Of a stretch of DNA of 56,582 bases, positions 27,439 through 37,103 are shown one piece after another. This DNA is from a virus (lineage: Duplodnaviria; Caudoviricetes), in IMG/VR virus record IMGVR_UViG_3300025889_000144, positions 1 to 56,582 of that record; one strand, written 5' to 3'. Numbering within the stretch: the first letter of the stretch is position 1; every line of letters begins with the position of its first letter. Below the pieces are notes generated by a model that was not told the DNA's origin, made no database searches, and saw only the letters and a program-made list of their open reading frames with translations. The translations under genes and the position numbers were made by a program.

Positions 27439-27837
27439 TTAAGCGACTAAAGCTGTAATGCGATACTCGCTCTCACTGCGTCCCTTACGGAGCACGTAAA
27501 CTGTTGCGGTGTCACCAGATGTTACCCCATAACCTACGCCGATTCCGGTACGGCGAGAAGTCTTAGGAGCATTAACTTCACCAGCTAAGGTTCCGTCAGC
27601 TTTATACACAGCGATACCAGAAACGCCAAAAGCTTCGGCGTTTAAGAGAATTGTTGCAGTACCGGTCGACCCGTAAGTCAACTCATAAACATCAGCTAAA
27701 CCGAAGTTCCCATCAGCCGCAAACGAACGATAGCTGTTAACGGTTACGTTCAGTCCATCATCAGTGCGTAACTGACCAAACCGAGTAATGCCGGCAGGAG
27801 CGGCACCAAGTTCGCGGTTGAAGGTAGCCTCGGCCAT
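27439..27837 (-). CDS. hypothetical beta-rich protein, probably virion
   Basis: 132-aa Gly/Thr/Ala-rich ORF. Confidence 0.65.
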   Translation of the reverse strand: MAEATFNRELGAAPAGITRFGQLRTDDGLNVTVNSYRSFAADGNFGLADVYELTYGSTGTATILLNAEAFGVSGIAVYKADGTLAGEVNAPKTSRRTGIGVGYGVTSGDTATVYVLRKGRSESEYRITALVA

Positions 27838-27876
27838 GGCTAGATTTAACTCACCTCAATATAAAGATTCTAAGAC

Positions 27877-28203
27877 ATGTACAACAAAACAAATGCCCTT
27901 ATTTACGAGCTGATTATGTTCCTATGTAGATTTTATCCCTTGAAGCAAAAAGCTTGGATCAGACAGATTCTCGATTACTGCCGACCTGACTGGGCTGCGT
28001 TTCGAGCTGAAGTCGCGATGAAGGAGGTCGACAAGCAAGTCGAAGACCTCCACGCGCAGTGGGAAGAGGAAGAAAAAAATAAACAGAAGCCTGTGTATAC
28101 CGAACTCGAACCAGACGGATCTAAAGCTCAGGAGCTGCTAGGCGGCGAAATGAGACTCAGCGCCCCTTGGACTGTCGAGACTCGCGATAAGAACGCGCCT
28201 TAG
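27877..28203 (+). CDS. hypothetical protein
   Basis: 108-aa ORF opposite the late strand; no competing ORF over most of its length. Confidence 0.65.
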   Translation: MYNKTNALIYELIMFLCRFYPLKQKAWIRQILDYCRPDWAAFRAEVAMKEVDKQVEDLHAQWEEEEKNKQKPVYTELEPDGSKAQELLGGEMRLSAPWTVETRDKNAP

Positions 28204-28321
28204 CTTTGGCTTCTTTAGCTTTCGGTACGCAGTTCGGGACCTCTTTTCCGTCTTTTTTCTTCATACCGACCATCTCGAATCCCTTCCAGCAAGGGTCCTC
28301 ACCTTTCATTTGATTAGCCAT
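28157..28321 (-). CDS. small basic protein with CWKG...GK.VPNCVP motif
   Basis: 54-aa ORF; motif recalled from cyanophage proteins; TGATG coupling. Confidence 0.7.
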   Translation of the reverse strand: MANQMKGEDPCWKGFEMVGMKKKDGKEVPNCVPKAKEAKAKARSYRESRQSKGR

Positions 28322-28581
28322 CAGTCCCGGCCCTCCGTATTACGCTTATCCTTTTTACCTCGTTCACGTTCTATCTTGTATTTACGTGCACGAGTTTTAG
28401 CTCTTGTGGCTTTCGACATCTCACCACGCCTATCGCCTTTCTTTGTAGCCTCCTGAGTACCTTCTTTTAAATCGCCTGATTTCTGCAACTGGCTAGTTGC
28501 AATCGCATACGCACGAGACTCACTCATCTTAGGGTTATCTTCCATTATCGACTTAACTGCCTTATCGAGTATCGCGGGCAT
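28321..28581 (-). CDS. small basic hypothetical protein
   Basis: MPAILD..V...AYAIAT..LQK.G pattern; Arg/Lys-rich tail. Confidence 0.7.
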   Translation of the reverse strand: MPAILDKAVKSIMEDNPKMSESRAYAIATSQLQKSGDLKEGTQEATKKGDRRGEMSKATRAKTRARKYKIERERGKKDKRNTEGRD

Positions 28582-28625
28582 AAAACTACGAATGCTCTTA
28601 GAATTCTACTAGCTGAGTTAAACCC

Positions 28626-28805
28626 ATGATTCACTATTTAGCGGAAAATTGGGCCGAGGTTGCCGGTATTTTGGCTGCTCTGCATGTGCTTGCGTTGGCT
28701 GTGGTGAACGCCACGCCGACTCCGAAGGATGACGAAATCTACGGCAAGCTTTACAAAGTGATCGAGGTTATCGCTGGCATCGTCACCAAAACCGCCAAGA
28801 AGTAA
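28626..28805 (+). CDS. small membrane protein, holin candidate
   Basis: 59 aa; hydrophobic segment then TPTPKDD, basic C-terminus. Confidence 0.65.
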   Translation: MIHYLAENWAEVAGILAALHVLALAVVNATPTPKDDEIYGKLYKVIEVIAGIVTKTAKK

Positions 28806-28806
28806 T

Positions 28807-29172
28807 TTAAGCGGCTAAGGGGCTCGGACCCCAGTAGACAGGTACCAACGAAAGAGGATCAGATTCTGACTGGTTAACCCAGCGCAGGATCCGATCCTCT
28901 CTTTCTGGCGTCCAGAAGTCCTGAGATCTAAACCAGGAATACCAATCTTCAGACGACTTTAAGATGTTGCAGTCCCCACAGGCTGCAATCAGATTTTTTC
29001 TGGTGGTGGAACCGCCTCGTGCTTTAGGCACTACGTGGTCCAGCGTCGTGGGATTCTCTTTTCCGCAGTAGGCACAGGATCCCCAATCCTCAAATATCTG
29101 TTTACGGAATCGTTTTTTGGCAAATCGTTTTTGAAGACACGAAAGGTCAAATAAAAGATCCCGTTCACACAT
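28807..29172 (-). CDS. HNH endonuclease (McrA-like)
   Basis: CAYCG...TLDHVVPKARGG...NLIAACGDCN..K. Confidence 0.9.
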   Translation of the reverse strand: MCERDLLFDLSCLQKRFAKKRFRKQIFEDWGSCAYCGKENPTTLDHVVPKARGGSTTRKNLIAACGDCNILKSSEDWYSWFRSQDFWTPEREDRILRWVNQSESDPLSLVPVYWGPSPLAA

Positions 29173-29251
29173 ATAGTGTGATTGCGGCTGACTTTAGTTT
29201 AGCTGGGTTTGGCTAATAAGAGCCTAAAACCCAGCTGTTTTTATAGATGAA

Positions 29252-29497
29252 CTATTCGGGTTGGTTCAGTGAAGCTTGATAAGCAGCAATGACTTCCGGT
29301 GTCCACAGTGCAGCAGCAACGGCTTGCAGTTCAGGACAGTCACCACTCACGTCATCACCAGGGGCGCGAACATGGCGGTGATAGGTCTTACCGACTTCCA
29401 CACCATCCTTTTCGATGATGTCCGCACGACGGCATTGGATGATGGAGTAAGGCGGGATGATTTCGAGCTTGTGCTCAGAGCGTTCTGTAAAAGCCAT
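29252..29497 (-). CDS. small tail-fibre-associated protein
   Basis: IIEKDGVE...YHRHV..PGDD...WT.EVI.AY pattern, downstream of a fibre gene. Confidence 0.7.
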   Translation of the reverse strand: MAFTERSEHKLEIIPPYSIIQCRRADIIEKDGVEVGKTYHRHVRAPGDDVSGDCPELQAVAAALWTPEVIAAYQASLNQPE

Positions 29498-29560
29498 TAG
29501 GGGAATCCTCCAGATTCGACAGGTTTAGGCTTAGTTTTGAGACGATTGCGGTCTCGATAA

Positions 29561-30286
29561 TTACACGAAATAGAATCCGAAGATTTGGACTTGACTATCA
29601 TTATTAAAGTTTGCCTGAGATACCGTTGCATATCCAGTTGCACCATTCTGAAACACATCTATGGTTGTCGAACCAATGCCGACTCGTGGCATAAGCGGTC
29701 CAGTCAAACTTGCTCCGTTATACATAAACGCGATAGTGGTAGCATAGTTTTCATTTCCGCCGGATGCGTTTGTAAAGGGCAACCCGGTTATTGTGGTACT
29801 GCCGGTAGATGAACCCTTGGCTGTTAGCGATATTGATGCTGAGTAGTACACAGCCTTACCTGTTTTCACGTATTTACCAGCATAGGATCCAGTCATTGAA
29901 ACGCTATTGCCTCCAAACTTAAGCGCCGGAGTCCAAGTCCCCTCCTCATAATCATCCAGCGTGTTCGCGTCAGTCGCTGAAACTTGCGTTGCGGGGAACG
30001 TGATGCCGCCAGAGAGTTGAAGAATGCCGCCGTTTGCATTAGCAGAAGACAGCCCGACTAATAAGTTGCCGCTCGAATCCACACGGCATCGCTCGCTACC
30101 GCCCGTACTAACCGCTAAGGTGTCAGCGGCAGGTCCGGATAAACCAGTATTACTGTCGCCAGTTAGGTATAACGAAGGCGCGGAAGCGGAGCCAGCTTGA
30201 ATCGCGACGTTGCCATTCGAATCAAGCTGCAGGTTCGCACTCGCAGAGTCGGGGTTCTTGACGTTGTAAGTGCTGAGAGTGCTCAT
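29561..30286 (-). CDS. tail fibre-like protein
   Basis: GSASAPS...DSNTG...STGGSER.RVDSSG and ANTLDDYEEGTWTP. Confidence 0.8.
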   Translation of the reverse strand: MSTLSTYNVKNPDSASANLQLDSNGNVAIQAGSASAPSLYLTGDSNTGLSGPAADTLAVSTGGSERCRVDSSGNLLVGLSSANANGGILQLSGGITFPATQVSATDANTLDDYEEGTWTPALKFGGNSVSMTGSYAGKYVKTGKAVYYSASISLTAKGSSTGSTTITGLPFTNASGGNENYATTIAFMYNGASLTGPLMPRVGIGSTTIDVFQNGATGYATVSQANFNNDSQVQIFGFYFV

Positions 30287-30520
30287 GGTCTAAGAATCCC
30301 TAGCTAAGTCAAAGACTATCGTCGCGATAGTCCACGGGCTTATTTTAGTTTAGCAACAGTAGTCTTAGTTCTCTAGTGGGGCTGGCTTGCTGTCTCAAGG
30401 TGCCGGCTTAACTAGAAGGCGAGCAACAGCCGAGTCATACTTGCCCGGTCGTTGCAGACGTTCCGAGAGTCGATCAAAATTTTCAGGACTGAGTTTTACT
30501 AGCGTGCGCGGGCGTATGGG

Positions 30521-31168
30521 TCATCCGATTCCCAGGTAAGTCTTTGCTGGTGGACTCGTCAGGTAAGCATGTGCATTTAAAAGTAAATCCTTTTTGTCAT
30601 AAAACAACCCCAAAGCTTTATTACAGGCATAGCATAAAACGCCTCGAGTGAGTCCTGTTTCGTGATCATGATCAATCGAAAGCCTTCGACCATCAGGCTC
30701 ATTGCTTCGTCCGCAGATGGCGCACCCACCGCCCTGTTTTTGGATTAGTTCTGCGTACTGCTTCAAGGAAATCCCATACTTTCTGCGGACAACGGCATCC
30801 TCCCTGTCTAGTCCGGACCAATTGTGCGCCTTAAATTGTTCGCAACTACGCGGCCAAGATTCTTTTCTTATTTCCCTAGCGTGTTGTTCGTGCTCTTTGC
30901 CGCAGTGCTTGCATCTGATCTTCCAGTAGCCAGTTCTCGTTTGATTTAATACTTTGCAGTGTTTTGTTTCATAGTTTGTTAAATCTACTTTTTTACGGCA
31001 TCCGCAACTACCCGTGTTTCCGGATCGCAGAGAATTTCCTTGTACTGTTTTGGTATTACCGCACTCACACCTACATTTGTAAGCCAAGTGCTTCCCTATA
31101 TATCCGTCTTTCTCTAAGACGGTAAGCAGGCCAAACTTTTGGCCAACCATTACAGCGCGATGTGACAA
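30521..31168 (-). mobile_element. free-standing endonuclease VII-family homing endonuclease gene
   Basis: GQKFGLLTV...CRCECG...SCGC N-terminus; KYGI...CAICG...IDHDHETG..RGVLC..CN..LG. Confidence 0.85.
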
Positions 31169-31193
31169 CAGACGTAAGGCAACCTATGTGATC

Positions 31194-33596
31194 TTAGCGT
31201 GCCCTGCTGAACTGAAAGGGCGACTCTGCGAAGGCGGCGTAGATGTATGTAGTTCCGTTAGCGTTCAAAGCACTTGAAGCACTTCGCCATTTAAATCCAT
31301 TTGATAACAAATCAAGGTCAGAAACGCTTGACTCCGCAGAACTACTATTTGGAAGTAGGTAGTTGTTATTAGGATTATATCCGGGTCTTGCGTTGTCAAA
31401 TGTAAACCAGTTTTCGACGCCTGTTGATTTTATAAGCACAAACGCTGGCCTAAACCCGGTATAAACAAACGGACCATCTGCGCTGCCGTTGCCGGTGTAG
31501 GAACCAAAGGCGCTGTAGCCCGCGACTGCAGAGAAGCAGTAGGCGACGTTGCTTAAACCATTTGAGTTGATGTGTGCAGAAGTGCCTAAGCTAAATGTTG
31601 TGCTAGAGAAAGCACTAAAGAATGCACTATTTTGTGTTTGAGCGCCCGTTGTTTCCAGATGCAAATAGTAGGATTCTCCGCTTAAGCCTTGATGCCAAAC
31701 CAACCAGTTTTGATTAACCTCTCTACCTTTTGCAATAACTAGAGCAGGCTTAACCCCAAGTCCGTGCCCAACAGTTGCTGCTGAACCCGTTCCCGTGTAA
31801 GTAACAATCGAGAACCCCGCACTGGGATTAGCCCTCACCTGCGATGAGATGCTGCCGTCGTTGTTGGTGACGGTGCTGCTGCCGGCGTCCCAGCAGTATG
31901 CCACATAAGGTCCGTTGGTCTGATTGATTTCAAGAGACCATCCGCCATAATCGTTAGACGTGTTTGCGCCTAATGTAAATCCTGTACTTGAAATATCAGT
32001 AATACCATCAGGCGGAGCACTGTTTGTGTCTGCCGTTGTTAAGTGTGAACTCAGGAGATAATATCCGGTCGTTTTTTTACCTCTAACTGTATCAGCAATA
32101 AACCATCTGTCTGCATCATTTCTTTGCTTACCCCAGAGTAGACTTGATTCAAATCCAACATTGATTGTCTGTCCGTTTTGATCCCCAAGGTAAAGCACCG
32201 CATCCATCACTGTGCTGCCGTCTTCAATCGTCGGTGCAGGCAGGTTTGTCGTGCAGAGCGCCTTGAAGCCGCTGGGGGCGGTGTAGGCGAAGGGGCGTTG
32301 GCCGAAGTTGCAATCAACTACACCATTACTGTAATTAGAAATCCCCGGAACGTAAGGACCAGAAGTTAATCCTGTAAATGCAGTTCCTTGGCTGACATTA
32401 TTCTTATAAAAAGTCAGTGTTCCAGCATCGGCGTCAAAAGCGATGCCCATTACGGTTCCACTTGTATTCCAAGTATCTCCGTAGGTATAGTTTATAGCGT
32501 TGTTGTATTTTTCACCGTTAGCCGCCAAATAACCCCATGAATCACTGGCAGACCCCATAAACTGGTTGGTTAGCAGGCTGAGACTTGTTTTAGCGATTCC
32601 AATCGAACTGTTTACTCCTGCTGTAGTTAGTGTTACTTCCCAATACCATTTGCCGGATGACATCCCAACGGTGCCAGCAGCAGCTCGGTGGTCAGCGTTT
32701 GTATTTGTCTGAGTAAGATTCCCGTTTGAAATCGTCCCCAACCCATTCAAGGGATTCAACGTCGCATAATTCCCCCTCACCTCACCGCCCGCACCCGTGT
32801 CGGTCTGGGTGCCGTTAGTGGGTACGTCTACAAGGGAGTCGTTGCCTGCACCAGCAGCCACGCTGATGTTATTTACGGTCCAGGTATTGCCGTTGCCGGA
32901 GGTATCCGTTCCCAGTGCAGCAGCGGTGCTGTTGTCGCTGAGGGGGAGGTGGAAGCCGTTGGTGCCATAGGAGCCGGCGTAGCGGATCGGTTGCCAGATG
33001 CCGTTGTCGTCGAACTCACCGAAGCTGGTGGGGTCTAACGCTTGGCCGTCGATGAAGTGGATGTCGGCGAGGTAGCCGGAGAAGTAATCCGCTGTAATTG
33101 GCTGAGCACTGCCAATAGCATGAGCGTTTGTTGAATTGATGTTCGTATCGGCATTTGGAGTTGGATCAGTCCCTGCAGACTTTGTATCCAAAACACCGTT
33201 TACATACAACTTAAGTCTATTGCTTGCCGTTGCTTGTGTGGTATCAACAGCTAGTACAATGTGATACCAAGCAGATGGATCTCTGTATTGAGCCGTCCAG
33301 GTGTACTGCCCTGTTACTACATTATCTGCAAAAGTAATTTGCCCAGATATTTCAAAATAAATTAGAGTGTAGGGAGTAGATGCAGCACGGCAAGCAAAGA
33401 TCTGTTGAGTGGTTGAGAGCCCACTCCGCTTCACCCACCCCGCCCAGGTCCACGTCTTGCGGTTGCCGGCAGATGCAAAGTTGCGATTCAGGTATGCCGA
33501 ATCGGCTGAATTAAACCTCAGACTGCGTTCAATCTCATACCCAGCACCACCAGGGGTACCGGCGAAAAACAGCTCGGAAGAAGAACCCAGCGACAT
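31194..33596 (-). CDS. large tail/virion protein with LamG-like and SPRY-like domains
   Basis: RSLRFNS..SAYL, RDPSAWYHIV, GKWYWE, NFGQRPF, HGLG..P, AFAESPF. Confidence 0.85.
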   Translation of the reverse strand: MSLGSSSELFFAGTPGGAGYEIERSLRFNSADSAYLNRNFASAGNRKTWTWAGWVKRSGLSTTQQIFACRAASTPYTLIYFEISGQITFADNVVTGQYTWTAQYRDPSAWYHIVLAVDTTQATASNRLKLYVNGVLDTKSAGTDPTPNADTNINSTNAHAIGSAQPITADYFSGYLADIHFIDGQALDPTSFGEFDDNGIWQPIRYAGSYGTNGFHLPLSDNSTAAALGTDTSGNGNTWTVNNISVAAGAGNDSLVDVPTNGTQTDTGAGGEVRGNYATLNPLNGLGTISNGNLTQTNTNADHRAAAGTVGMSSGKWYWEVTLTTAGVNSSIGIAKTSLSLLTNQFMGSASDSWGYLAANGEKYNNAINYTYGDTWNTSGTVMGIAFDADAGTLTFYKNNVSQGTAFTGLTSGPYVPGISNYSNGVVDCNFGQRPFAYTAPSGFKALCTTNLPAPTIEDGSTVMDAVLYLGDQNGQTINVGFESSLLWGKQRNDADRWFIADTVRGKKTTGYYLLSSHLTTADTNSAPPDGITDISSTGFTLGANTSNDYGGWSLEINQTNGPYVAYCWDAGSSTVTNNDGSISSQVRANPSAGFSIVTYTGTGSAATVGHGLGVKPALVIAKGREVNQNWLVWHQGLSGESYYLHLETTGAQTQNSAFFSAFSSTTFSLGTSAHINSNGLSNVAYCFSAVAGYSAFGSYTGNGSADGPFVYTGFRPAFVLIKSTGVENWFTFDNARPGYNPNNNYLLPNSSSAESSVSDLDLLSNGFKWRSASSALNANGTTYIYAAFAESPFQFSRAR

Positions 33597-33605
33597 TATG
33601 AAACC

Positions 33606-34238
33606 TTACGAGAAATTGAGGTTAGAAACGACCTGAATTTCAGTCGAAGACGAACAATAGTAAGACAGGATATCCACGCCGCTGGCTGCTGTAGTCAGCG
33701 TCGGCGCAGACCCGCCAGCAAAATTCCAAGAACCGCTGTAGGACAGGAGTCGAGAGCCTACATCATCTTGACGAACGGTAATCGCGCCACACTGACCGCC
33801 GCTAGGAGTCGTCGGATTCAGCAGGGTTGTGGTGCCACCGAGGATGATCTCGAAGTTGTTAGCGGCGCCAAAATTCAGAGCGACATCGCCCGAAACCAGT
33901 ACCGGAGTGGCGACTTCGCCAACCGACTGACTTTGAACTTGAACGGCACCCGTAATCGGTCCGCCGGAGATATTGTACTTACCAGTTAAGTCTGTGAGTG
34001 CTGCGTTTCCAGAAGCTAAAGCAGCTGTACCAAGCGCAAGAGCGTCGTTTCCAGACGCCAGAGCGACAGTACCCAGCGAAAGAGCTGCGTTACCGGAGGC
34101 TAAAGCTTCAGTGCCCAACGCAAGGGCAGCGTTACCAGAAGCTAAAGCAGTGGGATCGCTGGCTCCTACAACCGTGTCACCAATAGGCAACTCAGATGTA
34201 AGTCCGCTAATAACAACTAGAGGTCTACGAGTCGCCAT
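33606..34238 (-). CDS. virion/tail protein with 14-aa repeats
   Basis: ALASGNxALxLGTx unit repeated about four times. Confidence 0.8.
   Translation of the reverse strand: MATRRPLVVISGLTSELPIGDTVVGASDPTALASGNAALALGTEALASGNAALSLGTVALASGNDALALGTAALASGNAALTDLTGKYNISGGPITGAVQVQSQSVGEVATPVLVSGDVALNFGAANNFEIILGGTTTLLNPTTPSGGQCGAITVRQDDVGSRLLSYSGSWNFAGGSAPTLTTAASGVDILSYYCSSSTEIQVVSNLNFS
33999..34150 (-). repeat. 42-nt period coding tandem repeat
   Basis: four ALASGN units with synonymous divergence. Confidence 0.8.
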
Positions 34239-34266
34239 TGTCTCAAGCCTATGGACTAATTATACG

Positions 34267-34770
34267 TCAATCGTAAAGAATGACGGGCGGTTGAATTTCG
34301 ACGGCTAGTTCACTAGCACTCAGAGCCTGACCGACAGAAACCAGAGCGGCGTAACCGCTAGCTGCAGTAACAGTGCCAGAAGCTGTCGAGAAGGCGGTGA
34401 GTTCGCCGGTGTACTGAGATAAGTAGTAGTACTCGCCGGGAATAAGCTGGGTTGCGGCAGTAATATTCGCCGCACTGACCACAGCGGTGTCGTCGAGAAT
34501 CACCGAAACAGTCGCTGCAGCTGAAGCAGCGGCGGCCGTGATGCCAATGGGCGTATAAACAGTAGATGCGACGCCACTAGCGGCCGATGCAGACAGTGCA
34601 TACGTGCCGCTTACATAAACAACTTGGCCTTGAATCAGGTTCTCGCCGGCGGTGTATTCGACGGTCGATGCGGGTGAAGTTGTTACGCCAGCACCGTTTG
34701 CAAGCCAAACCCGCTGACCTGCTGCCGTGTAATCCGAGTACTGGCGGTTAAAGATTGCGCGATCTGTCAT
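34267..34770 (-). CDS. virion structural protein
   Basis: Ala-rich beta protein; AGENL..GQVVYV similar to 38818..39288. Confidence 0.75.
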   Translation of the reverse strand: MTDRAIFNRQYSDYTAAGQRVWLANGAGVTTSPASTVEYTAGENLIQGQVVYVSGTYALSASAASGVASTVYTPIGITAAAASAAATVSVILDDTAVVSAANITAATQLIPGEYYYLSQYTGELTAFSTASGTVTAASGYAALVSVGQALSASELAVEIQPPVILYD

Positions 34771-34772
34771 GA

Positions 34773-35246
34773 TCAGATACCGGCCTCAGGTTCAGACTGG
34801 CTGGGCCACGCGGGGTAGCCAGAACCAGTCACGTAAGCAGCCAGTTCATCAGTCGTTGCTGTTGCTTCAAGCGACGCAACTTTAGACTCACAGGCCAAAC
34901 GAACTTCTTGGCGCCAGACCTTTGTGCCACTCGGGGCTGGCGTGCCGTTGTCCAGTTCGCGGACAATGAACCAGTCGGTTGGGGCGAGAATGGTGTTGGC
35001 GGTATATCGGGTGGTATCAGTCCAACCCGAAACCAGCACACCGTGATCTTTCGGAATCAGGGTGCCGCTAGCGGTGTAACCCCAGTAAAAACGTTGATCG
35101 TATGTCGGCGGATCTGGTTCTTCAGTAATCCCAATGGCTGCGCGATCCGCAGGAGAAGCTAAACGCAGCCAGTTAGCCGGGTAATGAACGCCGTTTGCAG
35201 TAAACGGAACGTCTAACGGGAGCGGTTTACCGTTTAAAACAAACAC
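34773..35246 (-). CDS. tail fibre assembly-like protein
   Basis: YPANWLRL...AIGITE...DQRFYWG...LAPTDW...RE. Confidence 0.75.
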   Translation of the reverse strand: MFVLNGKPLPLDVPFTANGVHYPANWLRLASPADRAAIGITEEPDPPTYDQRFYWGYTASGTLIPKDHGVLVSGWTDTTRYTANTILAPTDWFIVRELDNGTPAPSGTKVWRQEVRLACESKVASLEATATTDELAAYVTGSGYPAWPSQSEPEAGI

Positions 35247-35308
35247 TTTTAACGATCAACTGCGGTTTCTTCAGTATAAAACACTTTGAGAACTTGGTCC
35301 GGTGTTAA

Positions 35309-35617
35309 TTACCAGGGAAGTCCAAACCCGTAGGTGGGTTCGTGCTGTTCCTTGATTCGGCCACAGAGCAGTTCTTTAACTTCGTTAATTTTTTCTTCGC
35401 CGAGTGCTGCGATAACCCAGGTGCACACGGTTTTTTCGTCTAATTTGCCGAATGGGATCATGTCGTCGGGCTCGCAGGGTGTTAAATCCAGCGAGCCGGT
35501 TGCCCCAGCGGTGTAAATACCGTCAAAAGCGTCAAGGGTGTAACCAACCTTAGTCACCATGCCCGTGCTGAGCACGCGCTCCATCTGAGTGATTTTCCAG
35601 ATGTATTCGATGGACAT
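35309..35617 (-). CDS. small tail-associated protein
   Basis: WKITQMER...IPF..L.E..V..WV...LG...GLPW. Confidence 0.75.
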   Translation of the reverse strand: MSIEYIWKITQMERVLSTGMVTKVGYTLDAFDGIYTAGATGSLDLTPCEPDDMIPFGKLDEKTVCTWVIAALGEEKINEVKELLCGRIKEQHEPTYGFGLPW

Positions 35618-35660
35618 GGTGACTGGTTTAAATGGCTGTATGTTAGCAGTTGCTCAGGGT

Positions 35661-36704
35661 TTAGCTAGCCTCCAAGGCGGTGATGCGGGCAGCGAGGTCA
35701 GTGTTGGCTGCCTCTAGGGTTTCGATACGTTCATGTTGCCGCTTGATCAGATTCAGCAGGTGAGGTACAAAGCGCTCATAGGCAACACCTTCGGGTTCTG
35801 GATTACACGGCGTTTCAACTGCAGACCCTTTTTCATCGTATGAAACTTCGACTGTTTTCCAGTGAACAAGTCTTGGGTCAATGGCGGCGACTTCTTCTGC
35901 AATGAAGCCCCAGAAACCGTGATTAGGGTTGTCGCTTGCGCAGAGAGAACGGTACCAAACCGGGCGGCAACCAAGTAAAGCATCTGCATACTTATCCTCA
36001 AGGGTCTCTACGTTGGTTTTGTATTTTGCAGACGATGTAGACCTTTCAATTTTACCGTCGCTTTGGACAACAACATTGGCTCCGACGCCAGTGGTTGAAT
36101 TATAGACACCTGGGCAATACAAAAGACCAGTGCTCGTAATCCTCATCCGCTCGACTGGAGCGCCGCTATTAGCAGTATCAAACCTTAAGTAGGCAGTATT
36201 GGCATCCGAACCACGAACACCTATGATGCGTGCTCCCCGTTTTGCCGCGTTTGTCGTATCAGAATCGACAAAGTTAATAACACCTAGAAGTTCGTCTGTG
36301 CCACCTGTTTGCTCTGACGCAAACGTTAAAACACCACGTCCAGTGCCAGTTGCACCAATGACAAAATTGACCCCGCCCGTACTTGCATCGTTAAAAGTGC
36401 TTGGACTTGTCTCGTTAAGACCTAAATTTCCAGAGCTATCGATCCTTAGCGCTTCAGCACCTTCTGTCGTAACAACAAACCGACCATCGGAACCGGTGTC
36501 GATAACGGCAGCAGAAGAATTGCCTTGAGTGATGCTAGAGCTAGCTGCGGTCGCCCACGAAAGATTTCCGGAACCATCAGTAGAAAGAACCTGCCCGCTG
36601 CTTCCGTCCGCCGAGGGCAGTACAAAAGTATTATTACCAGCAGTATCTGCGGCGGATAACTCGGTGTACCCCGAGGTTGTTCCGTTAAGACGAAGTTTAG
36701 ACAT
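35661..36704 (-). CDS. tail fibre with C-terminal S74-type intramolecular chaperone
   Basis: ERMRI repeats; SSAKYKTNV, GFIAEEV, C-terminal coiled coil. Confidence 0.85.
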   Translation of the reverse strand: MSKLRLNGTTSGYTELSAADTAGNNTFVLPSADGSSGQVLSTDGSGNLSWATAASSSITQGNSSAAVIDTGSDGRFVVTTEGAEALRIDSSGNLGLNETSPSTFNDASTGGVNFVIGATGTGRGVLTFASEQTGGTDELLGVINFVDSDTTNAAKRGARIIGVRGSDANTAYLRFDTANSGAPVERMRITSTGLLYCPGVYNSTTGVGANVVVQSDGKIERSTSSAKYKTNVETLEDKYADALLGCRPVWYRSLCASDNPNHGFWGFIAEEVAAIDPRLVHWKTVEVSYDEKGSAVETPCNPEPEGVAYERFVPHLLNLIKRQHERIETLEAANTDLAARITALEAS

Positions 36705-37103
36705 CTGCGGCTCGTTGATTTAGTAATTCTATTAGAAAATCCCAGCGATAACTTTGGGGCGTTCTCGGTCCAGCCCGCGTACCTGCAGTAGCCACAGGTA
36801 CGCGAGCTGGGCTAGTGAGTAGGACTACACGCCTTCAAGGGCTGACAACCGAGCTTCCATTGCTTCGATCTGTTCCTTCTGCCGCTTGATCAGATTCAGC
36901 AGGTGAGGTACGAAGCGGTCGTAAGCAACGCCTTCCGGTTCTGGATCGCAAGGAGTGGTGACTGGGGACCCCTTGTCGTCATAGGTAACTTCAACTGTTT
37001 TCCAGTGAACCAGTCGTGGGTCAATGGCGGCGACTTCTTCTGCAATGAAACCCCACCAACTGTGTCCAGGGTTGTCACCTTCGCATGTAGACCTGTACCA
37101 AAC
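35737..37103 (-). repeat. paralogous S74 chaperone segments (~35737-35960 and ~36880-37103)
   Basis: near-identical DNA at offset 1143, e.g. GCCGCTTGATCAGATTCAGCAGGTGAGGTAC and GGGTCAATGGCGGCGACTTCTTCTGCAATGAA. Confidence 0.85.
36770..36810 (-). other. strong intergenic hairpin downstream of a fibre gene
   Basis: CCAGC-C-CGCGTACCTG/CAGGTACGCG-A-GCTGG; the C.A mismatch becomes G.U on the - strand. Confidence 0.7.

Noticed and set aside
30300-31193. Group I intron around the EndoVII gene
   Set aside because: The upstream gene has its own stop, only ~25 nt precede the ORF, and I could not recognise P/Q/R/S core elements
35737-37103. Diversity-generating retroelement template/variable repeat pair
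   Set aside because: Differences are mostly synonymous and not adenine-specific, both copies are coding, and no reverse transcriptase is in the window
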